From: Spirochaetaceae bacterium | GTDB lineage: Bacteria > Spirochaetota > Spirochaetia > DSM-2461 | Length of the DNA: 64,000 nt | Assembly: GCA_051531975.1 (NCBI GenBank) | Contig: JAOPTT010000002.1 | Coordinates: forward strand, 32,001-96,000 | Direction of reading: 5' to 3' | Part shown: positions 18,945-28,491 of the stretch, piece by piece | How positions within the stretch are numbered: position 1 is the stretch's first letter | How the letters are laid out: every line of letters begins with the position of its first letter | Made by a program: the position numbers and the translations under genes | Notes under the pieces: model-generated | Seen by the model: the letters and a program-made list of their open reading frames with translations, nothing else | The model's database searches: none | What the model was told of the DNA's origin: nothing

Positions 18945-19979
18945 ATGAGAATCATATATAATAGTTTAAGTATAATTTTACCTTTAGCTTTAAACCTAAT
19001 ATTTACACCGATAATTATCACCATTGCACATAAAAATAAGTTGTTTGATGCAAAAGATCACCGAAAAACCCATATTGGAGATATTCCAAGACTTGGTGGT
19101 ATAGGTTTTTTCTGTTCAATTATTGTTTCTGCTATTATCATTAATATTTTGACTAAAGAGAGTGTCTCTGTATCTTTTTATATAGCAATTTCACTTATAT
19201 TTATTAGTGGTGTTGTAGACGATTTTAAGCCAATAAGGGCATTTGTAAAATTAATAGCTCAACTTGCTGCTGGTCTAACTTTAATAGTTGGGGGACATAC
19301 ACTTTCCCATGTTCTTATTCCATTTACAGATACAACTATATTCTTTGGTTATTTCCAATACCCATTAACTCTTCTTTGGGTAATAGGTGTTACAAATGCA
19401 ATAAACCTATTAGATGGTATGGATGGACAAGCAGGTGGTTTAAGCACTATTGCCGCTACAACTTTAGGAATAATTGCCCTACTATTAGGTCAAACACATA
19501 TAGCAATGGCATGTTTTATATTAGCCGGTTCATTAGCAGGATTCCTATACTTTAATTTACCACCAGCAAAAATATTTATGGGAGATAGTGGAAGTCTTAC
19601 TGTAGGATTCTTTTTAGCAACAATCCCACTGTTATACAGCACTCCTGAAATAAAAGGTAAAATGATATTGGCAGCAGTTGCAGTACTGCTAATACCAATA
19701 TTTGATGTGTTTGCAGCAATGATTAGAAGAACAAAACTAAAACAATCTTTCTTTAGTCCAGACCGAGGTCATATACACCACAAGTTTCAAGACTTCACAA
19801 GTTTAAATACTAAACAAACATTGGCGGTTATCTATGTAATTACAATTATTTCTGGAACATTTGCTACTCTATTCATAATAAAAACAAATACAATTACACA
19901 ATTAGGTCTATTTCTAAACCTAATAATACATTCAGTTCTATTTGCATTTTTACATGGTAGGAAAAAAAGTAGATCATAA
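18945..19979 (+). CDS. wecA: Undecaprenyl-phosphate alpha-GlcNAc-1-phosphate transferase (MraY/WecA family)
   Basis: RKTH...PRLGG, GVVDD, NAINLLDGMDG, FNLPPAKIFMGDSGS, DRGHIHH; polytopic membrane protein. Confidence 0.9.
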   Translation: MRIIYNSLSIILPLALNLIFTPIIITIAHKNKLFDAKDHRKTHIGDIPRLGGIGFFCSIIVSAIIINILTKESVSVSFYIAISLIFISGVVDDFKPIRAFVKLIAQLAAGLTLIVGGHTLSHVLIPFTDTTIFFGYFQYPLTLLWVIGVTNAINLLDGMDGQAGGLSTIAATTLGIIALLLGQTHIAMACFILAGSLAGFLYFNLPPAKIFMGDSGSLTVGFFLATIPLLYSTPEIKGKMILAAVAVLLIPIFDVFAAMIRRTKLKQSFFSPDRGHIHHKFQDFTSLNTKQTLAVIYVITIISGTFATLFIIKTNTITQLGLFLNLIIHSVLFAFLHGRKKSRS

Positions 19980-19985
19980 TTAAAA

Positions 19986-21140
19986 TTAGCTGATAAACTC
20001 TTTTCGTCTTACTTTTATAGCAATAGTACCTGGGATAGGTTTTTCAGATACCAAAATCAAGTATCCTCCTCCACCTGCACCAGCTAATTTCCATGCTAAA
20101 GCTCTCTCTTTGTATCCATCAATTACTTGCTGAATATCGTGGTTTACCATGGAAGGGAACATTTTAGTTTGTGCTTTGAAAGATTTTAAAAAAGATTTGC
20201 TAAATTTAATTAAATCTCTATCTTTTATAGCATCCCAGGTCTCATCAGTAGCTCTTGCAAGATCTTCTACATTAGTTTTATTTATATACGTATCTGATAA
20301 TAGATCCAACCCTTGTTTTCTTGGCCATAATAGAACCATAGAGATATGCTCTTCTAACCAATTTATAATAGTTTCATCGTGAATAGATTCAAACTTTTTT
20401 GGCCAATATGCATTATCATAATAATGTCTATTTAACCCTGGCATGCAAATTCCTATTGCATCCTGGGCGCCAGATATTAATTCTGAACCAGGAGTGTTTT
20501 CAAACTTAAACAACATTTCTGCAAGTTTTTCAGGTCTATCCATCGGTAAATAATAAGGCCATATTTTTTTAGCTGCATTTCGCGTAGAAGTAGACATTCC
20601 ACATCTTTCATTATATTCAATAATGGGTTCCAAAGACAGTGTAATAGCCCATCCAGGGTGATATTTTGAAACATAAGGCTGATCTATCCATGTCCCTGCT
20701 AAATCAATCCTATATGGTAGGGTGCAGTTATCCGAGGATCTTATAGAGGTTGTAGATCTTACAGGTAGACCTGCATCTGGAATTCTCTCTAGTACTTTTA
20801 GTTCTATGTTTAGTTCTTTGCATAATGATTCTTTAGTAGGAGAGAAACCATCTTCATTAACAACAAAATAATCAGGCTCTAATTCCAGAATATCTTCTTT
20901 AAAATCCATCATTCCTGATCCACAGTTTACAAATGCATCATGAACATATTTTATAGATTTAATCATATAAAGACGTTCCTGCTCACAATTTATTGTTTTA
21001 CGACCCTTTAACTCTTCTATAGTATGATCAGATCCAATGCCAACATAAAGATCACCAAACTTTGATGCTTCTTTAAAAAAAGCTACATGACCACTATGTA
21101 ACATATCGTAACAACCTGAAACAAAGACCTTTTTATTCAT
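19986..21140 (-). CDS. Cytidylyl/adenylyltransferase fused to a GHMP-kinase-like domain
   Basis: N-terminal GCYDMLHSGH (HxGH) and RSTT; C-terminal PYRIDLAG and KLAGAGGGG. Confidence 0.8.
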   Translation of the reverse strand: MNKKVFVSGCYDMLHSGHVAFFKEASKFGDLYVGIGSDHTIEELKGRKTINCEQERLYMIKSIKYVHDAFVNCGSGMMDFKEDILELEPDYFVVNEDGFSPTKESLCKELNIELKVLERIPDAGLPVRSTTSIRSSDNCTLPYRIDLAGTWIDQPYVSKYHPGWAITLSLEPIIEYNERCGMSTSTRNAAKKIWPYYLPMDRPEKLAEMLFKFENTPGSELISGAQDAIGICMPGLNRHYYDNAYWPKKFESIHDETIINWLEEHISMVLLWPRKQGLDLLSDTYINKTNVEDLARATDETWDAIKDRDLIKFSKSFLKSFKAQTKMFPSMVNHDIQQVIDGYKERALAWKLAGAGGGGYLILVSEKPIPGTIAIKVRRKEFIS

Positions 21141-21196
21141 TTATTATATCTCCAAATAATTTAGTAGTAGTATTAATCAAAAAATAACTTTATGCC

Positions 21197-21862
21197 TTAA
21201 AACAGCTTTTCTAGTTGTTCTTCAGCCTTTGGTAAAGTCTTAAATCTTGATCTTGCATCAAAGTCAGATTTGAATACTGCATAAGCTGTTAAGAATATAA
21301 TTTTTATGTATAGAGTTATGTTCCTATTTGAATAGTACCAACACTCTAAATCACCTTTATATTTAGCGATTATGGTATCATGAATTACGTTATAATCCAT
21401 CCCGGATTTTTCCATAATAGATTCTTCATCTCTAAATACTAAAGAACCAATTCCAGTTAAACCTGGAGTTAGTTTAGATATAATTTTTTGTTGTTCCTCT
21501 GAATAATTATAAAACTGATCAGGAGTTAATGGTCTAGGACCAACAACACTCATCTGCCCTAGCCAAATATTAAAAAGTTGTGGTAATTCATTAATTTTAC
21601 TTTTTCTAAGGAATTTACCAAAGGGAAGAACTCTTGGGTCATCTCTTTTTGTAACGCTTGCTCCAGTCATATTTGGACTATTTTTTAACATAGTTGCAAA
21701 TTTTAATACTTTAAAAGTCTTAACATTTTTACCCATTCGTTCTTGAGCATAAAAAATATAATGTTCACCAGTTAACTTTAATATTATAATAATTGGAATT
21801 AAAAGTGGTGATAAAATTATTATAGCAATACTTGAAAGTAAAATATCAATAAATCGTGTCAT
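21197..21862 (-). CDS. Monotopic phosphoglycosyl transferase (bacterial sugar transferase, PglC-like)
   Basis: KFATM, DDPRV, LRKSKINELPQL.N...GQMSVVGPRP, PGLTG. Confidence 0.9.
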   Translation of the reverse strand: MTRFIDILLSSIAIIILSPLLIPIIIILKLTGEHYIFYAQERMGKNVKTFKVLKFATMLKNSPNMTGASVTKRDDPRVLPFGKFLRKSKINELPQLFNIWLGQMSVVGPRPLTPDQFYNYSEEQQKIISKLTPGLTGIGSLVFRDEESIMEKSGMDYNVIHDTIIAKYKGDLECWYYSNRNITLYIKIIFLTAYAVFKSDFDARSRFKTLPKAEEQLEKLF

Positions 21863-23046
21863 TACATTCTCCCATCTAAATACTTACCTGTTTCTTTATG
21901 TCCAAATTCTGGTAACATATGAAAAAACAGTTTAACTAAATCATCTTTACACCATTTACTGTTTTTCAATTTACCAATTTCTTCTAGAAAATAAGTTAGT
22001 TTATCTTCTGATACACTATTAGAGTTTTTTACAATACCAAGATTATTAAACCTATGCATATCAAGTTCTTCACCGTCAGTAAAAAATTCTTCAAAATCTT
22101 TTTCTCCAGTTGTATCACTTGAAAAGAAATAACATGGCCACCTATTATCACCATTATTTTTACTAGCTAACTCTCTAGCCTCATCTTCAGATTTACATAT
22201 TTGTGGCTCTAAACCTCTAGCAATTAAGTATTTTTCAGCTATAGATGAAAAAGTTACTAGGTTCAATTCTTGACTTAATTTAGGGAAGAAAATGTCTTTA
22301 CTTTCACCTAAAAGAGTAGACATCAAACAGAGTTGACCTGCTTCCTCAGGTACAACAAAATACCTTCGAACATCATTTGGTGCAGATATTGGTTGATGCT
22401 TTAAAATTCTCTGATTAAAACCATGTAATAAACTACCATCTGAAAATGCTACATTTGCAAACCTAGCTGTTGATATAGCAATCTTATCACTATATTTCAT
22501 TAGATACATTTCCATGATTCTCTTTGATGCGCCCATCATATTAACTGGATTTGCAGCTTTATCGGTTGAAACACAGAAATACTTCTTTACACCCTTTTTT
22601 ATAGATAGTTCAATTGTTTTTATTGTATTAAGAATATTAACATTAACCATTCTCATTAATGTATAAGGGTCTTTTTCACTACGTACATGCTTAAGTGCAG
22701 AGAGATTAAGAACGTAATCAAATGATTCCTCATTTAAAAAATATTGTTCATACTCTGTACTACCACAATCTATTGCAAAAGTTTTAAATTCTCCATCAAT
22801 ATATCCCAATGAAGATCTTATATCTCTTACCAATTCAACCATATTGTTTTCTGATATATCAACAACATGTAACCTTTGAGGTTTTCTTTTAAATATCTCT
22901 TTAACAACTGCTTGACCTATAGAACCTGCACCACCAATAACAAGAAAACTAGATTGGGATACTTGAGAGTCTAATATATTACTATTATGTGTTATATCTT
23001 CTTCTAATAAAGCATGTTTTCTACCAACTAAATTTAAAATATTCAC
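21862..23046 (-). CDS. UDP-GlcNAc 4,6-dehydratase-like polysaccharide biosynthesis protein (Polysacc_synt_2)
   Basis: GGAGSIG, SALKHV, STDKAANPVNMMGASKR, RFANV. Confidence 0.88.
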   Translation of the reverse strand: MNILNLVGRKHALLEEDITHNSNILDSQVSQSSFLVIGGAGSIGQAVVKEIFKRKPQRLHVVDISENNMVELVRDIRSSLGYIDGEFKTFAIDCGSTEYEQYFLNEESFDYVLNLSALKHVRSEKDPYTLMRMVNVNILNTIKTIELSIKKGVKKYFCVSTDKAANPVNMMGASKRIMEMYLMKYSDKIAISTARFANVAFSDGSLLHGFNQRILKHQPISAPNDVRRYFVVPEEAGQLCLMSTLLGESKDIFFPKLSQELNLVTFSSIAEKYLIARGLEPQICKSEDEARELASKNNGDNRWPCYFFSSDTTGEKDFEEFFTDGEELDMHRFNNLGIVKNSNSVSEDKLTYFLEEIGKLKNSKWCKDDLVKLFFHMLPEFGHKETGKYLDGRM

Positions 23047-24002
23047 TTTTTCTCCTTTTTTAGAGCATAATACTCATAAGAATCTTTTAACCCATCTTCA
23101 AAGTTGTATTTAAATGCATTAATCATCAGTTGTTTAATTTTGCTATTATCGACTTCAAAGTCACTTTTTAAAGTTATCAGTTTGCCAAATATTCCCGATT
23201 TAAGTCTAAATAATTCCAATATAGATATAATAAAGTTAGGAATTATAATTGTTACAACCTTCTTATTGAAAATATTTTTTATTGTATATATTAAATTTCT
23301 ATAAGTATAATTATTTTCTGAAACAATATAAAGGTTTCCAATCATATCATTATTTAAAATCGTTTCTACAATTACTTCAGCAGCGTCCTCAACATAAACA
23401 ATTGGTTTGAAATTTTGTCCACGTCCAATCATTGGTATTATACCTTTCTGAACAGCCTTAATAAGTTTGCCATAATTACCTCTGTCATATTTTCCAAAAA
23501 CTGTTGCTAACCTAAATACGGTTATTGGAAATCCTTTAGATTCGTATAAATCAAAACCTACTAATTCTGCCATATGTTTACTTTTTGCATAGTCAGAAAT
23601 AGGGTTACATTCTGACATTTCATCAACCATACCTACAGTTTTTTCTCCATAGACAGAAAGAGTACTAATAAATATAAAATGTTTAACATTTCTGTTAATT
23701 CCAAAAGTATAAAGATCTTTAGTTGCTTTATAATTTACTTTATAAAATTCTTCCTTTTCTTCTTCATTAATTGGTTTAACATGAACTTTAGCAGCAAGGT
23801 GTATAATACAGCCTATATCAACCTTAATTTTGTTTGAATAATCAGTATTGGTTATATCAGATTCAATAAGGATAACGTTATCACTTGATCTATATCTGCT
23901 TAGACTTCTATCAAGTAGAAATAATTTATGATCCATTTGTAATAATTTTGAAACAACAGCAAATCCTAAACTTCCATTTGCACCTGTTATTATTATATTC
24001 AT
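23043..24002 (-). CDS. NAD-dependent epimerase/dehydratase (probable 4-keto sugar reductase or epimerase)
   Basis: TGANGSLG, IHLAA, YAKSK. Confidence 0.85.
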   Translation of the reverse strand: MNIIITGANGSLGFAVVSKLLQMDHKLFLLDRSLSRYRSSDNVILIESDITNTDYSNKIKVDIGCIIHLAAKVHVKPINEEEKEEFYKVNYKATKDLYTFGINRNVKHFIFISTLSVYGEKTVGMVDEMSECNPISDYAKSKHMAELVGFDLYESKGFPITVFRLATVFGKYDRGNYGKLIKAVQKGIIPMIGRGQNFKPIVYVEDAAEVIVETILNNDMIGNLYIVSENNYTYRNLIYTIKNIFNKKVVTIIIPNFIISILELFRLKSGIFGKLITLKSDFEVDNSKIKQLMINAFKYNFEDGLKDSYEYYALKKEKK

Positions 24003-24784
24003 ACTTTATTCTCTCTTTTTCTTAGAAATATTTGTTTAACTTTTAATAATTTATAAAATACATATTTAAAAGTATTAAACTTACCACCATTAGAATTAAT
24101 CGAATCTTTTAGCTCTCTAATAATTATAAACAGATTTTTAAAACCTCTTTGACTTATCCCACCTTCTCTCATGGTAACTATAAATCTATCCATATAATAA
24201 GGCTTAATTTTAAAATTTTCCAAAAAACGATACATTAATTCCTGATCGGAAGCTATGATAAAATCAGTTCTATATAACCCATATTTATCATATTTTTCTT
24301 TTTTACAATAGAAAGTAGGATGACCAGGTGTCCAACTCTTTTCAAAGAGACCACTTTCATACATTTTAGGATCATATATCCTTGTTATTTTATCAACATT
24401 ATCCTCTTCAACATATTTTAGTTTACCGTATAAGCAATCAATTTGTTCATTAATAAATGTATCATTTATATCGGACAGAACATTATTGTCATAATAGAAG
24501 TCATCGGAATTTAATATTCCAACAACATCACCATTTGCGATATTAATACCTTTGTTCATTGCATCATAAAGACCATCATCATTTTCTGAAATCCATGAAA
24601 AATCAATATTGTTTTTCTTAAATGTATTTTCATAAGATTTTATGATATTAACTGTATTATCTGTTGAATTACCATCAACAATAACATATTGAATGTTTTT
24701 AAAAGTCTGGTTCAAAACAGACTCAATAGTATCACTAATAGTTTTTTCACTATTAAAAGATACTGTAATTATAGAAATTTTCAA
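23999..24784 (-). CDS. Glycosyltransferase family 2 (WcaE-like)
   Basis: KISIITV, VDGNSTD, GLYDAMNKG, LNSDD; TTG start after an AAGGA SD. Confidence 0.9.
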   Translation of the reverse strand: MKISIITVSFNSEKTISDTIESVLNQTFKNIQYVIVDGNSTDNTVNIIKSYENTFKKNNIDFSWISENDDGLYDAMNKGINIANGDVVGILNSDDFYYDNNVLSDINDTFINEQIDCLYGKLKYVEEDNVDKITRIYDPKMYESGLFEKSWTPGHPTFYCKKEKYDKYGLYRTDFIIASDQELMYRFLENFKIKPYYMDRFIVTMREGGISQRGFKNLFIIIRELKDSINSNGGKFNTFKYVFYKLLKVKQIFLRKRENKV

Positions 24785-24978
24785 TCCTTGCCCTCTTTAT
24801 ATCATAATATATTTTAATTAATAATAAAACTTTCATCTGAACTTAATTATATTACTAAGATACTTTATCAAGATAAAATTAACAATATATTAACATGATA
24901 TGATACTGTAAATCTTAAGTTGTTTAACAACCCATTAAAATAGCATATTATCATTATATGATTAACTAATAAAATATT

Positions 24979-25746
24979 GTAACCCTCAATTATATAAGGG
25001 TAGCATAATCCTGACGATCTCATCTGGAGTGATATTCCAAGATTCTAAGAGCTCTATACCTTAACCTTCCTCAAATAGATGAGTTTTTCAAATAGCCATC
25101 TAAGACAAGCATAAGAATTTATAACATTCAACTTCACTGTATCAATTAAATAATAATAAATACACATTGAATCTGGACTCTCAGTACTTCCAGCGAATAA
25201 GAAGTTTCATTTGCCACATACAGTACCATTTCTATCCCAATTGATACATTCTAGTGTTTTCTTGTATCTCCTACAAAAAAAGGAAAAGACTTATTAATCA
25301 GGAATCCAGGACCATTTATTCTTTAGTAAATATAGTTATACCATTTATCTGTTCTCTAATATCCGTAATTCATGGTCTTACTAATATAGAAATCTATAAG
25401 AAATCTATAAGAAATCTATTATCATCATAGAACCTCTTAAATAACAGTAATTAGTTAAATTATTTTATCTAGTGACATAGTTTCTGGTATTTCCAATTTG
25501 ATTTGATTGATAGTAATTTGTATGTTTCCGACTGTTAAAATTTGCTTTAATGGTAATTTAATTAATTTATGTACTTTAGTCACAGATGTATTGAAGTTTC
25601 AAACCTAGTCAATAAATGCGGTGGCTTTAAAATCCAAGACCAATCTTTTCCACTCATCGTGACTTTTGTTACTTTTCATATTGCTTCTAGATCTAGAGGG
25701 TAACTTTAGTTTAAATTATTTAATGAGTGGTTTAATTTACGGTGAC
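24979..25746 (-). mobile_element. Decayed, internally deleted IS66-family element (tnpA, tnpB and tnpC remnants, both terminal IRs)
   Basis: IRs GTAACCCTCAATTA (24979, +) and GTCACCGTAAATTA (25746, -). Minus-strand remnants: TnpA MKSNKSHDEWKRLVLDFKA...IQITINQIKLEIPETMSLDKII (25679 to about 25425); TnpB VRP*ITDIREQING...LFLFC...WDRNG (about 25425-25212); TnpC C-terminus LFAGS...LIDTVKLN..NSYACLRWLFEKL...WNI (about 25200-25000). Confidence 0.88.
25388..25420. repeat. 11-bp tandem repeat x3 (AGAAATCTATA)
   Basis: Seen directly; lies in, and disrupts, the 5' end of the IS66 tnpB remnant. Confidence 0.9.
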
Positions 25747-26036
25747 AACCAAGTTGCAATAAATAGTGGGAAGGTTTGTTTTTGATCCACAACAATTGAC
25801 CTTATCTCTTCTGATTATTGTATGATTCTTGTTAAGTTACTTTATTTTTTGTACAATATTACATACGAAACATCCAGTATTTACTTGGGTAATATACAAT
25901 TATTGTCTAAAATAATTAAAGAGTTACTTGTTAATGTTTTTCAGCAAAGTTGGTTTTAACGAATAATGTTCATTTTTGTCATTCTTAGAGATAATTAAAC
26001 TTAGTAAAAATATTTAATAAGCCAGTCTTAAAGAGG

Positions 26037-27044
26037 TTGAATTATATGGGTTATATAAAAAAAATTGTGCATACTATTATTAAAATATTGGGTTTAGGAT
26101 ATGTCTTATGGATTTATAGAATGTATAAAAAATTGAATTTTAAAATTAAAGCATTATATAATGGAGTAAAATTAAATCAAGAATCAAAAGATAATATTTT
26201 TAACTTTCGTAGAAATATTCACCGTTTAGAAAAAGGTTTAACTTACAAAATATTAAAAAGTGAATTTGCAGAAAGTTATATATATGAAACAGTTAAGTCA
26301 CTGGATTATGGAAAAAACCGTTTTGATGAAGATACAATGAATTGGGGTAAAGCAGTTTTAAAGTTGTACTTTACCAAGGTAACTCATACAGAAGTAATAA
26401 CAAAAGCATATAATCATTTTAAAAAAATTGACCAAACTTTTGATAATAACTTTATACCCTATTCTTCTATAAAAAGACCCGAATCAAATATAACTTATGA
26501 TGACCTATTTCAATTATCTTTAAAAAGAAGAAGTGTTCGGTATTTTAATGAAATCGAAATAGATGAAAAAATCATAAAGAAAGCATATAATATTGCAAAA
26601 TATTCTCCAAGTGCCTGTAATCGTCAGGCTTTTACCTTCTATTTTTATAATGACAAAAAAGTAGTAAAAGCTTTATCAGCTATTCCTGGGGGTGTACAAG
26701 GTTATACACTACCAAGCATCATTGTTATTGTAGGTAACTATGCAGGATATTTCGATGAAAGAGATATTAATGCACCTATAATTGATGCAAGTCTTACTTC
26801 AATGTCATTTATGTATGCACTTGAAACATTAGGATTATCATCTGTATGTATAAATTGGCCAAATCTACCAAATAGAGAAAAAAAAATTAGAGAAGTGATT
26901 AATTTAAAACCATATGAATTTGTCATAATGATGCTTGGAGTTGGTTACGCTTCTTTAGAAGGTAAAATACCTTATTCAGCAAAAAGAAGTGCAAATGAAG
27001 TGGTACTTGTAAATAAAAAAATAAATAATACTAGTGAATATTGA
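26037..27044 (+). CDS. Nitroreductase family protein (polysaccharide-locus type with N-terminal extension)
   Basis: RRNIHRLEKGL extension; RRSVRYF, SPSACNRQ, GLSSVCINW. Confidence 0.88.
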   Translation: MNYMGYIKKIVHTIIKILGLGYVLWIYRMYKKLNFKIKALYNGVKLNQESKDNIFNFRRNIHRLEKGLTYKILKSEFAESYIYETVKSLDYGKNRFDEDTMNWGKAVLKLYFTKVTHTEVITKAYNHFKKIDQTFDNNFIPYSSIKRPESNITYDDLFQLSLKRRSVRYFNEIEIDEKIIKKAYNIAKYSPSACNRQAFTFYFYNDKKVVKALSAIPGGVQGYTLPSIIVIVGNYAGYFDERDINAPIIDASLTSMSFMYALETLGLSSVCINWPNLPNREKKIREVINLKPYEFVIMMLGVGYASLEGKIPYSAKRSANEVVLVNKKINNTSEY

Positions 27045-27196
27045 TATTTCGGGAAAATGCAGTATTGATTTTGATCGAATATTCTAATAGTTATTCAAAC
27101 AGTCCTTACGGAAATAGGTACTTTCTACTGTATTAAAATTCTGAGGTTATGCATGCTTTCTCATCCTTGTTATATAATTATTGTGTAATGCTTTTG

Positions 27197-27225
27197 ATTT
27201 AATGGGTGATTTAATTGACGGTTAC
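27197..27225 (-). mobile_element. Solitary IS66-type terminal repeat
   Basis: Reverse complement GTAACCGTCAATTAAATCACCCATTAAAT; 25/29 match to 25718-25746 and 13/14 inverted match to 24979-24992. Confidence 0.75.
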
Positions 27226-27294
27226 ATATATACTTGGATATCATTATTGATAAGGTTACTTTTACGCAATAAAAGATCTATTAGACATAAATTA

Positions 27295-28491
27295 TTACAT
27301 GTCATTATTAGATTTTTTAGTATATTTTTCTTTTAGAAGATAAATAGCAATTACAACAAATAAAATATTAGAAGGGAATACTTCAAACATTATGGTGGTT
27401 ATCATAAATGGAAAGAAAACCATAACATATAGAATATTATTTTTCTTAATTTTGACAGGTTTTAAAATAAAATAAAATAAAAATATAAACCCAATAAAAC
27501 CAACGTTAATAAGTACTGAAATTATTAATGAATCAGCAATAAATGATTCAGTAACTAAGCCTAAACTATTACTTAATAATACGCCTGTATTTGTTCCAAT
27601 ACCAAAGTTATCAGAAATAATTTTGACACTATTTGAGAGTCCTTCAAAAAACATATCAACTCTAATAAAAAGTGAATCATAAATAGACTTACGACCTGAG
27701 ATTATAGGTAAATATATTACAAAAGTAATCATTACTAATAATAATTGAGTAAAAATAAGTACTTTTCTCTTACTTTTGAAAAACTTTAATGTTAAAAAAC
27801 ACATAAATAAACTTATAATTCCACTACCAGAAGCAGTAAAAATAATACTGATTGGACATATAAAAAAAAGAAGAAATTTTTTGAGAAATTTATTCTTTTC
27901 AAACATACTTGTAAATAGAAAAAAAGTCATTGTAAAAAAAGCACCAGTCGATGGGATCATAAAAATTCCAGGATTTCTAAGACTAAATCCCAACAGTCCT
28001 ATTCCATGAAAACTTTTCATAAAAAAAAATTCATAAAACTGAAACATAAAGTGTGTAAAAAATACAATTTTTATAATTTTGAACAATCTTTTTAAATTAG
28101 ATTCATCAATAATATCATAAATTGAAAAAAACAATAATAATGGTAATAGCCATCTAATCCCAGCAGCAATAATTATTATGTTGCTTTTATCAATTATTGT
28201 GAACAAACCTGAAAGGATAACCGCAAGCATGAAGAATAATAAAGAAAAGTATTTATATATTTTGTTAAAAAAAAAGATTCTATGACTGCCAATTAATATT
28301 ATAAATATTATTAGAATATCTTTTATACCTTTAATATAAACAGGGGTAACATTAGTCGATTGATTTAAGGTCCCGAGATATAAAATAGAGTATAGCTCAC
28401 CGTAATTAAAAAATGGTGTTAATAAAATTAGTATCATAAGTAATTTAAATTTTGTTTCTCTGAGATTAACTATCAAGTAATATACCACCAT
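27295..28491 (-). CDS. Putative O-antigen/polysaccharide polymerase (Wzy-like)
   Basis: About 10 hydrophobic segments, F/I/L-rich, R-NPGIF loop, lies among GT genes. Start moved to reduce the overlap with the upstream GT. Confidence 0.65.
   Translation of the reverse strand: MVVYYLIVNLRETKFKLLMILILLTPFFNYGELYSILYLGTLNQSTNVTPVYIKGIKDILIIFIILIGSHRIFFFNKIYKYFSLLFFMLAVILSGLFTIIDKSNIIIIAAGIRWLLPLLLFFSIYDIIDESNLKRLFKIIKIVFFTHFMFQFYEFFFMKSFHGIGLLGFSLRNPGIFMIPSTGAFFTMTFFLFTSMFEKNKFLKKFLLFFICPISIIFTASGSGIISLFMCFLTLKFFKSKRKVLIFTQLLLVMITFVIYLPIISGRKSIYDSLFIRVDMFFEGLSNSVKIISDNFGIGTNTGVLLSNSLGLVTESFIADSLIISVLINVGFIGFIFLFYFILKPVKIKKNNILYVMVFFPFMITTIMFEVFPSNILFVVIAIYLLKEKYTKKSNNDM

Noticed and set aside
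24785..26036. Long ORF-free gap as a possible CRISPR array or ncRNA
   Set aside because: No regularly spaced repeats with unique spacers; most of the gap is explained by IS66 remnants.
28021..28275. A9 homopolymer tracts in the wzy-like gene as phase-variation switches
   Set aside because: A/T runs of 8-9 nt are common in Phe/Lys-rich, very AT-rich genes; the frame is intact and no poly-G/C tract is present.
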